A model generated the notes under the pieces. It was not told where the DNA came from. It saw only the letters and a program-made list of their open reading frames with translations, and did not search any database. Shown here piece after piece: positions 18,965 through 28,399 of a stretch of 64,000 nucleotides of DNA. Origin of the DNA: an uncultured Gemmatimonadales bacterium (lineage in GTDB: Bacteria; Gemmatimonadota; Gemmatimonadetes; Longimicrobiales; RSA9); assembly GCA_963708135.1 (NCBI GenBank), contig OY970192.1:1504001-1568000 (forward strand), written 5' to 3'. The number at the start of each line of letters is the position of its first letter. Position 1 is the stretch's first letter. The position numbers and the translations under genes were made by a program.

Positions 18965-19444
18965 CTAGCGCGGCACGGTGTAGAAGAGGCCGAAGATGAC
19001 GCCGTAGGCGATGTGCGCGGCGAGCGTGAGGAGCGGCGTGCGGCGGCCGTAGTGGAGGGCGAGGAAGCCCGGCGGCTGGAGCTGCCGCGTGGGCGTGGGC
19101 CCCTGGCGCTCGTCGGCCATGCGCGGGTGGATGCCCGGCAGCAGGGGGAGCGCGGCCACCAGGATGAAGAGGCCGTGGGCGGTGCCGATGATGCCGCCGA
19201 TCCACCACGTCGCATGCCCCAGCGCGTCGAACACGATGGCGTAGAAGAACGCGACGATGAGGCCGTTCAGGAAATGGAGCACCGAGCCGTAGATGAGGGC
19301 GCGGTCCCGGTCGGGCGTGATCATGGTGCCGAGCAGGAAGGGGATGCTCATGCGCGTGAGGCCCATGGTCTGGCTGCCGGTCATGAGGCCGGTCAGCGCC
19401 ACGGTGGCGACGAAGCCCCAGAGGAGCACGCTCGGTACGTTCAT
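18965..19444 (-). CDS. Hypothetical integral membrane protein (about 4 TM)
   Basis: Hydrophobic segments with His residues and an HPRMA motif. ATGA overlap with the GH15 gene. Confidence 0.75.
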   Translation of the reverse strand: MNVPSVLLWGFVATVALTGLMTGSQTMGLTRMSIPFLLGTMITPDRDRALIYGSVLHFLNGLIVAFFYAIVFDALGHATWWIGGIIGTAHGLFILVAALPLLPGIHPRMADERQGPTPTRQLQPPGFLALHYGRRTPLLTLAAHIAYGVIFGLFYTVPR

Positions 19445-21309
19445 ACGGGCTCCTTCGCGCCCCTGCGCGTCTCCAGCTCGCCGGGCGGCTCGTGCTGGCC
19501 GCGCCGGGCGGCGATGGTCAGGGCCGCGCTGATGAGGCCGATGTGGGTGAAGGCCTGCGGGAAGTTGCCGATCGCCGCACCGCTGTGCGGGTCGATCTCC
19601 TCGGCGAAGAGGCCGACGTCGTTGGCGAAGCCGAGCAGGTGGCGGAAGTCGTGCTCCGCGCCGTCCAGGTCCCCCGCGTTGGCCTTGAACTCGACGGACC
19701 AGAAGCCGCACACGCCGAAGGCGTTCTCGCCCTCGGGAAGGCCGTCGTCCAGGCGGGCGTAGCGGAAGAGCAGCCCGTTGCTGCCGAGGTGGCTCCAGAT
19801 GGTGCGGAAGGTGGACTGCATGCGGGGGGAGACGGCATCCTCGAAGCCGAACTGCGCGAGCTGGAGCGAGCTCGCGTCGATGCCCCCCTCGCCGAACGTG
19901 GCGGTGTAGGAGCCGAGCCGCTCGTCCCAGCCGCGCTCCTCGATGGCGCTGCGGATCTCGTCGCGGACGCGCCGGAAGTGATCGACCGGGATATCGAGGT
20001 GCCGTCTCTCGTGGAGCTGGATGAGCCGGTCAACCGCGACCCAGCACATCATCTTCGAGTAGGTGTGGTGGCGTGCCGGCGCGCGCGTCTCCCAGATCCC
20101 CTGGTCCTTCTTCTTCCAGTCCTCGCAGACCGTCTTGCCGAGACCGACGAGCACCCGCTCGGTGGCGCTGTCGATGCGGCCGCCGTGGTCCACGAAGCGG
20201 AACGCGGCATCGATCACCTCGCCGTAGACGTCCAGCTGCAGCTGGCTGGCGGCGCCGTTGCCGATGCGGACCGGCTTGCTGCCGGCGTAGCCCTGCAGGT
20301 GGGGGAGCGACTCCTCGTCGAGGTTGGTGTTGCCGTAGACGTCGTAGAGGACCTGCAGCCTCGGGAAGGTCAGGCGCGTGCTGTGGAGCAGCCAGGAGAG
20401 GAAGGCGGCGCCCTCGGTCGCGTAGCCGAGCTCGAAGAGCGCCCGCATGGTGAGCGAGGCGTCGCGCAGCCAGCAGTAGCGGTAGTCCCAGTTGCGCATG
20501 CCGCCGATCTTCTCGGGCAGCGAGGTGGTGGGCGCGGCGATGATTGCGCCGGACGGAGCGTAAGTCAGGAGCTTGAGCGCGAGCGCGCTGCGCACGACGG
20601 CGTCGCGGAACGGGCCGTTGTAGCGGCAGTAGGCCGCCCACCTGCGCCACCACTGGATGGAGCGGTCGATGCGCTGCGCAGCCTCGGCGCCCAGCCTGGG
20701 CAGAATGCCCGGCACGCCGTGGTCGTAGGCGAGCGAGATGAAGCGACGCTGCCCGGCGGCGAGCGTCGCCCGGCCGACCGCGCCGCGCCCCTCCGGCTCG
20801 AGCTCGAGCGGGATCTCGCTGCGCAGCGCGAGCAGGTGCGGACCGTGCTCGTAGAGAAACCCGAGCTTGCCGCGGTGCACCAGGTGCGGCATGACGCGGG
20901 CGTAATCGGGCCGGGGATCGCAGGCCACCTCGATCTCCACCTCGCCCTCAACGCACTCGACCAGGCGCAGCACTTCGTGGTCCGGCCACAGGGCGCGGTT
21001 CTTCTCGTCCTCGTCCGCCACCGGCATGACGTCCACCAGCCGGACGCGCCCGCCCTCCGTGAGGAAGGTCGTCTCGAGGACGTTCGTGTCCTCGAGGTAG
21101 CGGCGGGAGCTGCGGAACGGCGTGGTAGGCGCGACGGTGAGCGCCCCGCCCTTCTCGCGGTCGAGGATGGAGGCGAACACGGACGGGCTGTCGAAGCGCG
21201 GCAGGCACAGCCACTCGAGCGCGCCGGCCTTCGAGATCAGGGCCGCCGTGCGGCAGTTGCCGATCAGCGCGTAGTCCCCGATCGCGGGGTAGCCACCCTC
21301 CTCGCTCAC
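19441..21309 (-). CDS. Glycoside hydrolase family 15 (trehalase/glucoamylase-like)
   Basis: WLCLPRFDSPS, IIAAPTTSLPE, NWDYRYCWLRDA, QLDVYGE, GIWE and GNFPQAFTH motifs. Confidence 0.92.
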   Translation of the reverse strand: MSEEGGYPAIGDYALIGNCRTAALISKAGALEWLCLPRFDSPSVFASILDREKGGALTVAPTTPFRSSRRYLEDTNVLETTFLTEGGRVRLVDVMPVADEDEKNRALWPDHEVLRLVECVEGEVEIEVACDPRPDYARVMPHLVHRGKLGFLYEHGPHLLALRSEIPLELEPEGRGAVGRATLAAGQRRFISLAYDHGVPGILPRLGAEAAQRIDRSIQWWRRWAAYCRYNGPFRDAVVRSALALKLLTYAPSGAIIAAPTTSLPEKIGGMRNWDYRYCWLRDASLTMRALFELGYATEGAAFLSWLLHSTRLTFPRLQVLYDVYGNTNLDEESLPHLQGYAGSKPVRIGNGAASQLQLDVYGEVIDAAFRFVDHGGRIDSATERVLVGLGKTVCEDWKKKDQGIWETRAPARHHTYSKMMCWVAVDRLIQLHERRHLDIPVDHFRRVRDEIRSAIEERGWDERLGSYTATFGEGGIDASSLQLAQFGFEDAVSPRMQSTFRTIWSHLGSNGLLFRYARLDDGLPEGENAFGVCGFWSVEFKANAGDLDGAEHDFRHLLGFANDVGLFAEEIDPHSGAAIGNFPQAFTHIGLISAALTIAARRGQHEPPGELETRRGAKEPV

Positions 21310-22299
21310 GCCGCCTTCCAGATCGCCGCGGCCGCCACGGCCGCGAGCCCCGCCCCCGCCAGCGCGATCAGGCCGCGGTGCTCATCCGCCCACAGCTCCG
21401 CGCTGTGGCGGCTCGCCCGGCCGTCGAACGCGCCGTGCGCACCGAAGTCGCCAGGGACAGGCTCCCACAGGTTGTCCGGCCGATCGGGATCCACCGGCTC
21501 GTCCGTCTGCTGCGAGCTGTAGCCGTGCTCCGCCAGATAGCGGTCCGCGTACCACGAGGCGACGCGGTTGCCGTAAACGGTCTTCACCGTCGGCCCGCCC
21601 ACGAGCAGCTGACGTCGCCGGTTGTGCGCGGCGTAGTCGATCGCCTCCGCCGCCACCTCCGGCTGGAAGATCGGCGGCACCGGCTGCGGCTTCTTCGGCA
21701 GCCGCGTCTTCACCCAGTCGAACTGCGGCGTGTTCAGCGCCGGCATGTGCACGATCGAGACGAACACGTTGCTGCCGTCGTGCATGAGCTCCGTGCGCAG
21801 CGACTCCGTGAACCCCTGGATCGCGTGCTTGGCCCCGCAGTATGCCGACTGCAGCGGAATCCCCCGGAATGCCAGCGCGGACCCGACCTGCACGATCGTG
21901 CCGCGGTCCCTCTCCAGCATGCGGCGCAGCGCCGCGAGCGTGCCGTGCACCACGCCCAGATACGTGACCTCCGTCACGCGCCGGTACTCCTCCGCCTTCA
22001 TCTGCTTCACGGGCGAGAACACCGACGTCATGGCGTTGTTCACCCAGAATGTCGATCGCGCCGAACCGTTCCTCGACCGCCGCCGCCGCCCGCTCCACCG
22101 CGTCCGCGTCCGCCACGTCCGTCGGCAGCTCGATCGCCTCCCCGCCCAGCGACTCGACGTCCCGCCGCGTGGCCCGCAGGCCGTCCGTCCCGCGCGCCAC
22201 CAGGCCCAGCTTCGCGCCCTGCCGCGCGAAGCGCCGGACCGTCGCGCGCCCCACTCCCGCCGTCGCCCCCGTCACCACAATGACTTCACGCTTCTCCAT
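21306..22299 (-). pseudogene. SDR oxidoreductase with a +1 frameshift near 22048-22049 (pseudogene or sequencing error)
   Basis: TGATAGVG lies in one frame; VNNA and YCGAK (YxxxK) lie in another. Removing one T from GAC ATT CTG GGT G restores D-I-W-V-N-N-A-M. Confidence 0.8.
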
Positions 22300-25294
22300 T
22301 GCCGCGTCTCCCTTCCCCTTCGAGTCCGATCGCCATCACTTCCGCCGTGTGCAGCGCGCGCCGGCCCGTGCCGTGCCGGATCTGCTCCCGGCAACTGAAG
22401 CCGTCCGCCACCACCACCACGTCATCCGCCAGCGCGCGCACGGCCGGCAGGAGCACCTGCTCGCCGATCCGCATGGAGACCTCGTAGTGCTCCCGCTGGA
22501 AGCCGAACGACCCCGCCAGCCCACAGCACCCCGAGTCGAGTACCTCGCACGCCACGCCGAGCGCCGAAAGCGCCCGCTCGGCGGGGCCCATGCCGACCAG
22601 TGCCTTCTCGTGGCAATGTCCGTGCACGACCGCCCTGACCTCGACCCGGGGCAGGCGCGACAGATCGGCCGAGCGGGCCAGAAACTCGCCGAACCCGAAG
22701 GTCTGGTCCGCCAGCCGGCGAGCCAGCGGATCGGCCGGAAAGAGCGCCGGAAGCTCGTCCCGGAACACGGCCACGCAGCTCGGCTCGAGGCCGACCACCG
22801 GGATGCCGGCCTCGATGTCCGGGGCGAGCGCCTCGAGGATCTCGCGGAGCAGCGCGCGGGCGGTGTCCAGCATGCCGGCGTCGTAGAGCGGTCGGCCGCA
22901 GCAGAGCGGGCGTGCGGGGATGCGGATGTCGAATCCCGCGGCCTCCAGCACGCGGACGGCGGCGCGGGCGGGGCCGGGGGTGAGATGGTCGTTGAAGGTG
23001 TCGGGCCAGAGGAGGACGGCGGGCCGCTCGCCGGCGGCGGCGCGAGTGGCTGCCGTGCCCGGCGCCCGGCCGTGCTGCGGCGCCCGGCCGCCGCGGTTCG
23101 TCTGCGTCCTCGCCTCGAACCAGCTCCGGAACGTGCGGGTGGCGAACCGGGGCAGCTCGCGCTCGGGCGCGAAGCCGCCGAGGCGCCTGGCCAGGATCGA
23201 GAACGGCGGCGTGTGGCCGAGGGCGTTGGCCAGTCGGGGCGCGTGGGAGGCGAGGCGCGCCCAGCGGTGGAAGAGCCCCGTCGCCAGCATGTGCATCGGG
23301 CGGCGCCGGCCCTCGTAGTAGTGGGCCAGGAACTCGGCCTTGTAGGTGGCCATGTCCACGCTGACGGGGCAGTCCCGCTTGCAGCCCTTGCAGGCGAGGC
23401 AGAGGTCGAGGGCCTCGCGGACGGCCTCGTTCCGCCAGACGCCTTCGAGCGGATCCCCTTCGAGCATCTCGAACAGGAGCCGGGCGCGGCCGCGCGTGGA
23501 GTGCTTCTCCTCGAGAGTGGCGCGGTAGCTCGGGCACATGGTGCCGCCGCTGGCGCGGCGGCATGCGCCGACGCCGACGCAGCGGAGCGTGGCGCGCGCG
23601 AAGCTGCCCTCGTCCTCCGGAAAGGCGAAGTGCGTGTGAACGGGGAGCGGATCGTAGTCTGTGCCGAGGCGCAGGTCGGCGGTGATCGGGTAGGGATCGA
23701 CGACCTTGCCCGGGTTCATCCTGCCCTGGGGGTCCCAGATCGCCTTGAACTCGCGGAACGCCTCGACGAGCTCGGGGCCGAACATCTTCGGCAGCAGCTC
23801 GCCGCGGGCCTGGCCGTCGCCGTGCTCGCCGGAGAGCGAGCCGCCGTAGCGGAGCACGAGATCGGCGGCCTCACCCACGAAGCGGCGGAACGTGGTGATC
23901 CCGTCGGCGCTCACGAGGTCGAAGGAGATGCGGCTGTGGATGCAGCCGTGGCCGAAGTGGCCGTAGAGCGTGCCGCGATAGCCGTAGTGCTCGAGCAGCG
24001 CGCGGAAGTCGCGCAGGTAGGCCCCGAGCTGGTCGGGACGGACGGCGGCATCCTCCCAGCCCTCCCACTGGTCGGGCTGGCCCGGCACGGCGGTGCCGGC
24101 GGCGAGGGCGGCCTCGCGGACGGCCCAGACCTGGCGCGCCTCGGCCGCATCGCAGAGCCGGGCCGCGGGCCCGCTCCCCTTTCCGGCCACGCCGTCGATC
24201 AGCCGCCGGGCCCGGTCCAGCGCTTCGGCCTCACTTTCGCCGGCGAGCTCGACGAGCAGCCAGCCGCGGCCCTCCGGCAGCAGGGGCAGCTTGTCGAGGT
24301 GCAGCCCCTTCCTTCGCATGTCGTCCACGAGCAGCCCATCGAAGCCCTCGAGGCCGACGGGCCCGTACGCCATCACCTCCGGCACCGCCTCGCCCGCTGA
24401 GAAGACGGTGTCATAGCCGAGCACGACGAGGGTGCGGAACGGCGGCGAGTGGACCAGGCGGAGCATCGCCTCGAGCACGGTCACGCAGGTGGACTCCGTG
24501 CCGACGAGCGCGCGTGCCACGTTGAAGCCGCTCTCGGGGAGCAGCTGCGGCAGGTTGAAGCCAGAGACGCGGCGGGGGATGTCGGGGTAGCGGGCGCGGA
24601 TCAGGTCGGCATAGCGGTCGCGCAGCGCGCGCAGCCGTGCGTAGATGTCGCCTCGCCGGCCGCCCGCCGCGATGATGCGCTCGAGCTCGTCGTCCGGCGT
24701 CCGGCCGACCGTGAGGCGGAGGCCATCGTAGGTGAGGATGTCGAGCGCCTCGACGTTGTCCTCTGTCTTCCCGGCCATGATCGAGTGCACGCCGCACGAG
24801 TTGTTGCCGATCATGCCGCCCAGCGTGCAGCGGCTGTGGGTGGCGGGATCGGGGCCGAAGGTGAGGTGGTGGGCCTCGGCCGCAGCGCGCAGCTCGTCCA
24901 GCACGATGCCGGGCTGGACGCGGGCCAGGCGGCGCTCCGGGTCGAGAAGTGCGATGCCACGCATGTACTTCGAGAAGTCGAGCACCACCGCCACGTTGCA
25001 GCACTGGCCGGCCAGGCTGGTGCCGCCGCCGCGGGAGAGGAGCGGCGCGCCGTGCTCGCGGCACGCGGAGACGGCGGCGATCACGTCTTCGGCGTCACGC
25101 GGCACCACGACGCCGATCGGCAGCTGGCGGTAGTTGGAGGCGTCGGTCGAGTAGAGCGCGCGGCTGCCCGCGTCGAATCGCACCTCGCCGCGGACGCGCT
25201 CGTGAAGCGCGCGGGCGAGGGCTTCCGCGTCCACCTCGGCGGCAGCGGTCGCGGTACGCGGCGTCCCCCGTCGGATCGGTGCGGTCTCGGGCAT
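22286..25294 (-). CDS. FAD-binding and Fe-S-binding oxidoreductase (YdiJ/GlcD-GlcF fusion type)
   Basis: YSTDAS, RGGGTSLAGQ, GGMIGNNSCG, SLSGEHGDG, CLACKGCKRDCP and two CCG motifs. Confidence 0.9.
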   Translation of the reverse strand: MPETAPIRRGTPRTATAAAEVDAEALARALHERVRGEVRFDAGSRALYSTDASNYRQLPIGVVVPRDAEDVIAAVSACREHGAPLLSRGGGTSLAGQCCNVAVVLDFSKYMRGIALLDPERRLARVQPGIVLDELRAAAEAHHLTFGPDPATHSRCTLGGMIGNNSCGVHSIMAGKTEDNVEALDILTYDGLRLTVGRTPDDELERIIAAGGRRGDIYARLRALRDRYADLIRARYPDIPRRVSGFNLPQLLPESGFNVARALVGTESTCVTVLEAMLRLVHSPPFRTLVVLGYDTVFSAGEAVPEVMAYGPVGLEGFDGLLVDDMRRKGLHLDKLPLLPEGRGWLLVELAGESEAEALDRARRLIDGVAGKGSGPAARLCDAAEARQVWAVREAALAAGTAVPGQPDQWEGWEDAAVRPDQLGAYLRDFRALLEHYGYRGTLYGHFGHGCIHSRISFDLVSADGITTFRRFVGEAADLVLRYGGSLSGEHGDGQARGELLPKMFGPELVEAFREFKAIWDPQGRMNPGKVVDPYPITADLRLGTDYDPLPVHTHFAFPEDEGSFARATLRCVGVGACRRASGGTMCPSYRATLEEKHSTRGRARLLFEMLEGDPLEGVWRNEAVREALDLCLACKGCKRDCPVSVDMATYKAEFLAHYYEGRRRPMHMLATGLFHRWARLASHAPRLANALGHTPPFSILARRLGGFAPERELPRFATRTFRSWFEARTQTNRGGRAPQHGRAPGTAATRAAAGERPAVLLWPDTFNDHLTPGPARAAVRVLEAAGFDIRIPARPLCCGRPLYDAGMLDTARALLREILEALAPDIEAGIPVVGLEPSCVAVFRDELPALFPADPLARRLADQTFGFGEFLARSADLSRLPRVEVRAVVHGHCHEKALVGMGPAERALSALGVACEVLDSGCCGLAGSFGFQREHYEVSMRIGEQVLLPAVRALADDVVVVADGFSCREQIRHGTGRRALHTAEVMAIGLEGEGRRGNGEA

Positions 25295-25304
25295 GGTCCC
25301 CCGG

Positions 25305-26426
25305 TCAGGTCACGGCGTAGCGCGCGGCATCGGCGCGGCGCAGCTCCAGGCCGAGCCCCGGCCGGCCGAGGTCGGGCACGAGCGCGCCGTCGCGCGCCAC
25401 GAGGGCGCCGTCGAAGAGCATGGATTCGATGCGTACGTGGTCGAAGAAGTATTCTACGTTGAGCGCCTCGGGGGCGACACAGCAGAGGTGACCGTGCAGC
25501 GAGGGCGCGGTGTGGGCCGAGAGCGGCAGCGCGCGCGCGGCGCAGAGCGGCGCCACGCGCAGGAAGCCGGTCGCGCCGCCGCAGCGGGTGGCATCGGCCT
25601 GCAGCACATCCACGGCCTCCGCCTCGAGCATGCGCCGGAAGTAGAAGATGTCGTAGCCGTACTCGCCCGCGGCGATCCTCATGCCCGCGGGGCCCCGGTC
25701 GCGCAGCAGGCGGAGCCCCGCGAGATCGTCGGAGGAGACGGGCTCCTCCAGCCAGCTGACGTCCTGCTCGGCGAAGCGCTCCGCCATGAGGAGCGCCTCT
25801 TTGCGCGACCACGCGCCGTTGGCGTCCGTGTAGAGCTCGACGCCGGCGCCGACGGCCTCGCGGGCCACGCGCACGCGGTGCGGGTCGCGCTCGGGCTCGC
25901 GGCCGACCTTCATCTTCACCGCGCCGATCCCCTCCTCCGCCCAGCCGCCGAGCTGCTCGCGCAGCTGCGCGTCCGTGTAGGAGGTGAAGCCGCCGCTGCC
26001 GTAGACGGGGATCCTTTCGCGCGCGCGCCCGAGCAGGGTGACGAGGGGCAGGTCGAGGAGGCGGGCCTTGAGGTCCCAGAGCGCGAAGTCCACCGCGGCC
26101 ATGGCGCTCGAGACCAGGCCGGGCCGGCCAATGTTCCTGATCTCGTGCCACATGCGGTGGAACGCCGCGGGCACGTCCATGGCATCGAGCCCCGTCACGA
26201 CGCCCGCCAGCTTGGCGGAGATCAGGCTGGCGGCGGCCGCGTGGGTGTAGCTGTAGCCCAGTCCGGTCCTGCCGCCCGCGTGCGCCTCAACGAGCACCAT
26301 GGTGGTCGAGTCCCACTCCAGGGTGCCGTCGGATTCCGGGGTGGCCGTCGGGATGGTGTAGGCGGAGACGTCGAGAGACTCGATGGCGACGTCGGGCCCG
26401 CCGCCACCCGCGCCCGCCTCACTCAT
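25305..26426 (-). CDS. Enolase-superfamily enzyme (mandelate racemase subgroup)
   Basis: KMK motif, metal ligands DANG, EEP and GEYG, and D..H dyad (QADATR, SAH). ATG 26426 overlaps the ASRT stop. Confidence 0.88.
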   Translation of the reverse strand: MSEAGAGGGGPDVAIESLDVSAYTIPTATPESDGTLEWDSTTMVLVEAHAGGRTGLGYSYTHAAAASLISAKLAGVVTGLDAMDVPAAFHRMWHEIRNIGRPGLVSSAMAAVDFALWDLKARLLDLPLVTLLGRARERIPVYGSGGFTSYTDAQLREQLGGWAEEGIGAVKMKVGREPERDPHRVRVAREAVGAGVELYTDANGAWSRKEALLMAERFAEQDVSWLEEPVSSDDLAGLRLLRDRGPAGMRIAAGEYGYDIFYFRRMLEAEAVDVLQADATRCGGATGFLRVAPLCAARALPLSAHTAPSLHGHLCCVAPEALNVEYFFDHVRIESMLFDGALVARDGALVPDLGRPGLGLELRRADAARYAVT

Positions 26427-26799
26427 CGCTCGAATACGCGATCGTCGTGAGCAGCGCGTTCTTCTCCTGCCGCGAGTCGAGGCGAGTATGCTGCACGACG
26501 ATCGGCACGTCCGACTCGATGACGCTCGAGTAGTCCGTGCCACGCGGGATCTCCGGGTCCTCCAGTTCATTGAAGCGCAGGTGCTTCGTGCGCCGCGGCG
26601 GCACCGTCACGCGGTACGGCCCGGCGGGTTCCCGGTCGGAGAAGTAGATGGTGATCTCGACGTGGGCCTCCTCGTCCGCCGCGTTGAGCAGGCACGCCGT
26701 CTCGTGGCTGGTGAACTCCGGCTCGGGGCCGTTGCTCCACGAGGGGATATAGCCCTCGGCGATGGCCCAGCGCTTCCGTCCGATCGGGGATCGTGTCAT
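26419..26799 (-). CDS. Sensory rhodopsin transducer (ASRT) family protein
   Basis: WAIAEGYIP, SHETACLLN, YFSDREP, RRTKHLRFN and SDVPIVVQHTRLDSRQ motifs. Confidence 0.88.
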   Translation of the reverse strand: MTRSPIGRKRWAIAEGYIPSWSNGPEPEFTSHETACLLNAADEEAHVEITIYFSDREPAGPYRVTVPPRRTKHLRFNELEDPEIPRGTDYSSVIESDVPIVVQHTRLDSRQEKNALLTTIAYSSDE

Positions 26800-26877
26800 G
26801 TTGCGCTCCCGCGCGTCCGCCCGCGCATGAACGCGCCATTAGGGACTCGGGTGGTGCGCGGGCGAGGGTGGAGCGTC

Positions 26878-26892
26878 GCACCGGACGTGCCA
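26878..26892 (-). promoter_or_regulatory. Putative sigma54 promoter for the ASRT operon
   Basis: Minus strand TGGCAC-GTCCG-GTGC (one mismatch), about 80 nt upstream of the ATG. Confidence 0.5.
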
Positions 26893-26953
26893 GCGAAGCG
26901 CCCTGGCACGTGCCCGGCGGGGCTCTCGTGCCAACCGGAAGGGGAGAGGTCCA

Positions 26954-27631
26954 TTGGCAAGGAAGAAAGAGCGGCCCACGCGGAAGACCGACGCCGGGCC
27001 GACGGCGGCGCCCTGCTGGCGCGGCGCAGGCGACGACGCCCCCTACGTCCCCGGGCAGCCGGAGACCGTGCCGCGCTTCGATTCGCTCGCCGCGCTGTTC
27101 GACGCCATGGCGTGCTGCACGCGCTGCCCGCTGGCCGAGGGACGGACGCAGACGGTGCCCGGCGTGGGGCCGGCGGATGCGCGCGTGATGTTCGTGGGCG
27201 AGGCGCCCGGCGCGCGGGAGGACCGGATGGGCCGGCCGTTCGTGGGCGCCGCGGGGAAGCTATTCGACACGCTGCTCGAGGGGGTCGGGCTCGAGCGCGA
27301 CGCGGTCTTCATCACCAACATCGTCGCCTGCCGGCCGCCGGGGAACCGCAATCCCCGCGCCCGCGAGGTGCGCGCCCACGCGCCCTGGCTCGAGGAGCAG
27401 CTCCGGCTGCTGGCGCCGCGCCTGCTCGTGACCCTGGGCCGGATCGCGCTGACCTACTTCGTGCCCGGCGCGAAGGTCACCGAGCTGCGCGGCGAGCCGC
27501 AGCACCTGGAGCCCGACGGGCGCGCGCTGCCGCTCCTCCCGCTGCTCCACCCGGCCGCCGTGCTGCGGAACCGGCGCGAGATGCTCCCCGCCATGCAGGC
27601 CGACTTCGCCCGGATCCTCGAGCTGCTCTGA
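26954..27631 (+). CDS. Uracil-DNA glycosylase family 4
   Basis: CxxC, GEAPG, PFVG, TN..CRPPGNR and LHPAA motifs. TTG start after GAGAGG. Confidence 0.88.
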   Translation: MARKKERPTRKTDAGPTAAPCWRGAGDDAPYVPGQPETVPRFDSLAALFDAMACCTRCPLAEGRTQTVPGVGPADARVMFVGEAPGAREDRMGRPFVGAAGKLFDTLLEGVGLERDAVFITNIVACRPPGNRNPRAREVRAHAPWLEEQLRLLAPRLLVTLGRIALTYFVPGAKVTELRGEPQHLEPDGRALPLLPLLHPAAVLRNRREMLPAMQADFARILELL

Positions 27632-27922
27632 GGCCGCCGTTCCCTGCGGCCGGGGTTGCAACACCCCCGCCGTCTCATGAAACACCCGCGCGTACGCCGA
27701 GCCGTGCCCCGGCCGGCTGAAACGCCGCGGCGCGGCGCGGATTCCCTCCTCTCCACGCTCCGGCACCACGCCCGGACCGCCGCTTGCCCCGCCGCAGCAC
27801 GTCCGCACGGGTTCGCGCACCGGCCGTCCTCAGCCGGCGGTGCGCGCGTCCGCCCCCCTGCGCCGGCCGGACGCTCGACGATCCGTGCCCGCGGAGTCTT
27901 TACCGTCACGGGAGGAAGAGAG

Positions 27923-28306
27923 ATGAAGGCGAGAGCATTGCTGGTGCTGATTCCTGCCGCGCTGCTGCTCGGCTGCGCCCCCGACCAGTCCGGTCCGGTG
28001 GCGCCGCTGGCCAACACCCCGGTGCAATTCACGAGGAACCCGCCGATCGGGCGCGGCCACGGGGCCCTGGGTGTGGTGTACGTCAGCAGCCAGGGGCTCT
28101 ACTACGACACGTTCGTCGCCGTCCAGTCACTGCCGATGGAAGGCCGGTTCCAGCTGCTCGACAACGGCGTGACCGAGTTCGGCCCGGGCGAGCCGGGGTA
28201 CCTGGCCGGTCGCTGGTGGGAGGATGTGAACGGCGACGGGATCCAGGATTCCGGTGACAATTTCCTGCTCTGTCCTCTCCTGCCACCGGGCCGCCCCACC
28301 CCCTGA
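27923..28306 (+). CDS. Small hypothetical lipoprotein
   Basis: GGAGG RBS, MKARALL...LLLGC lipobox, and a possible Ca-binding DVNGDG loop. Confidence 0.7.
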   Translation: MKARALLVLIPAALLLGCAPDQSGPVAPLANTPVQFTRNPPIGRGHGALGVVYVSSQGLYYDTFVAVQSLPMEGRFQLLDNGVTEFGPGEPGYLAGRWWEDVNGDGIQDSGDNFLLCPLLPPGRPTP

Positions 28307-28314
28307 TGCGAAAG

Positions 28315-28344
28315 CCCGCGCCGGCCCGATCGGGCCGGCGCGGG
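28315..28344. terminator. Perfect 30-bp palindrome between convergent genes
   Basis: CCCGCGCCGGCCCGA|TCGGGCCGGCGCGGG. Confidence 0.6.
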
Positions 28345-28399
28345 GGTCTCGTCGCGCCGCTCCGTCGCGGGCGCCGCAGCCGCGGCGCCCGCGCGCGTT

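Noticed and set aside
26954..27631. UdgX assignment
   Set aside because: It has GEAPG rather than GEQPG and lacks the KRRIH loop.
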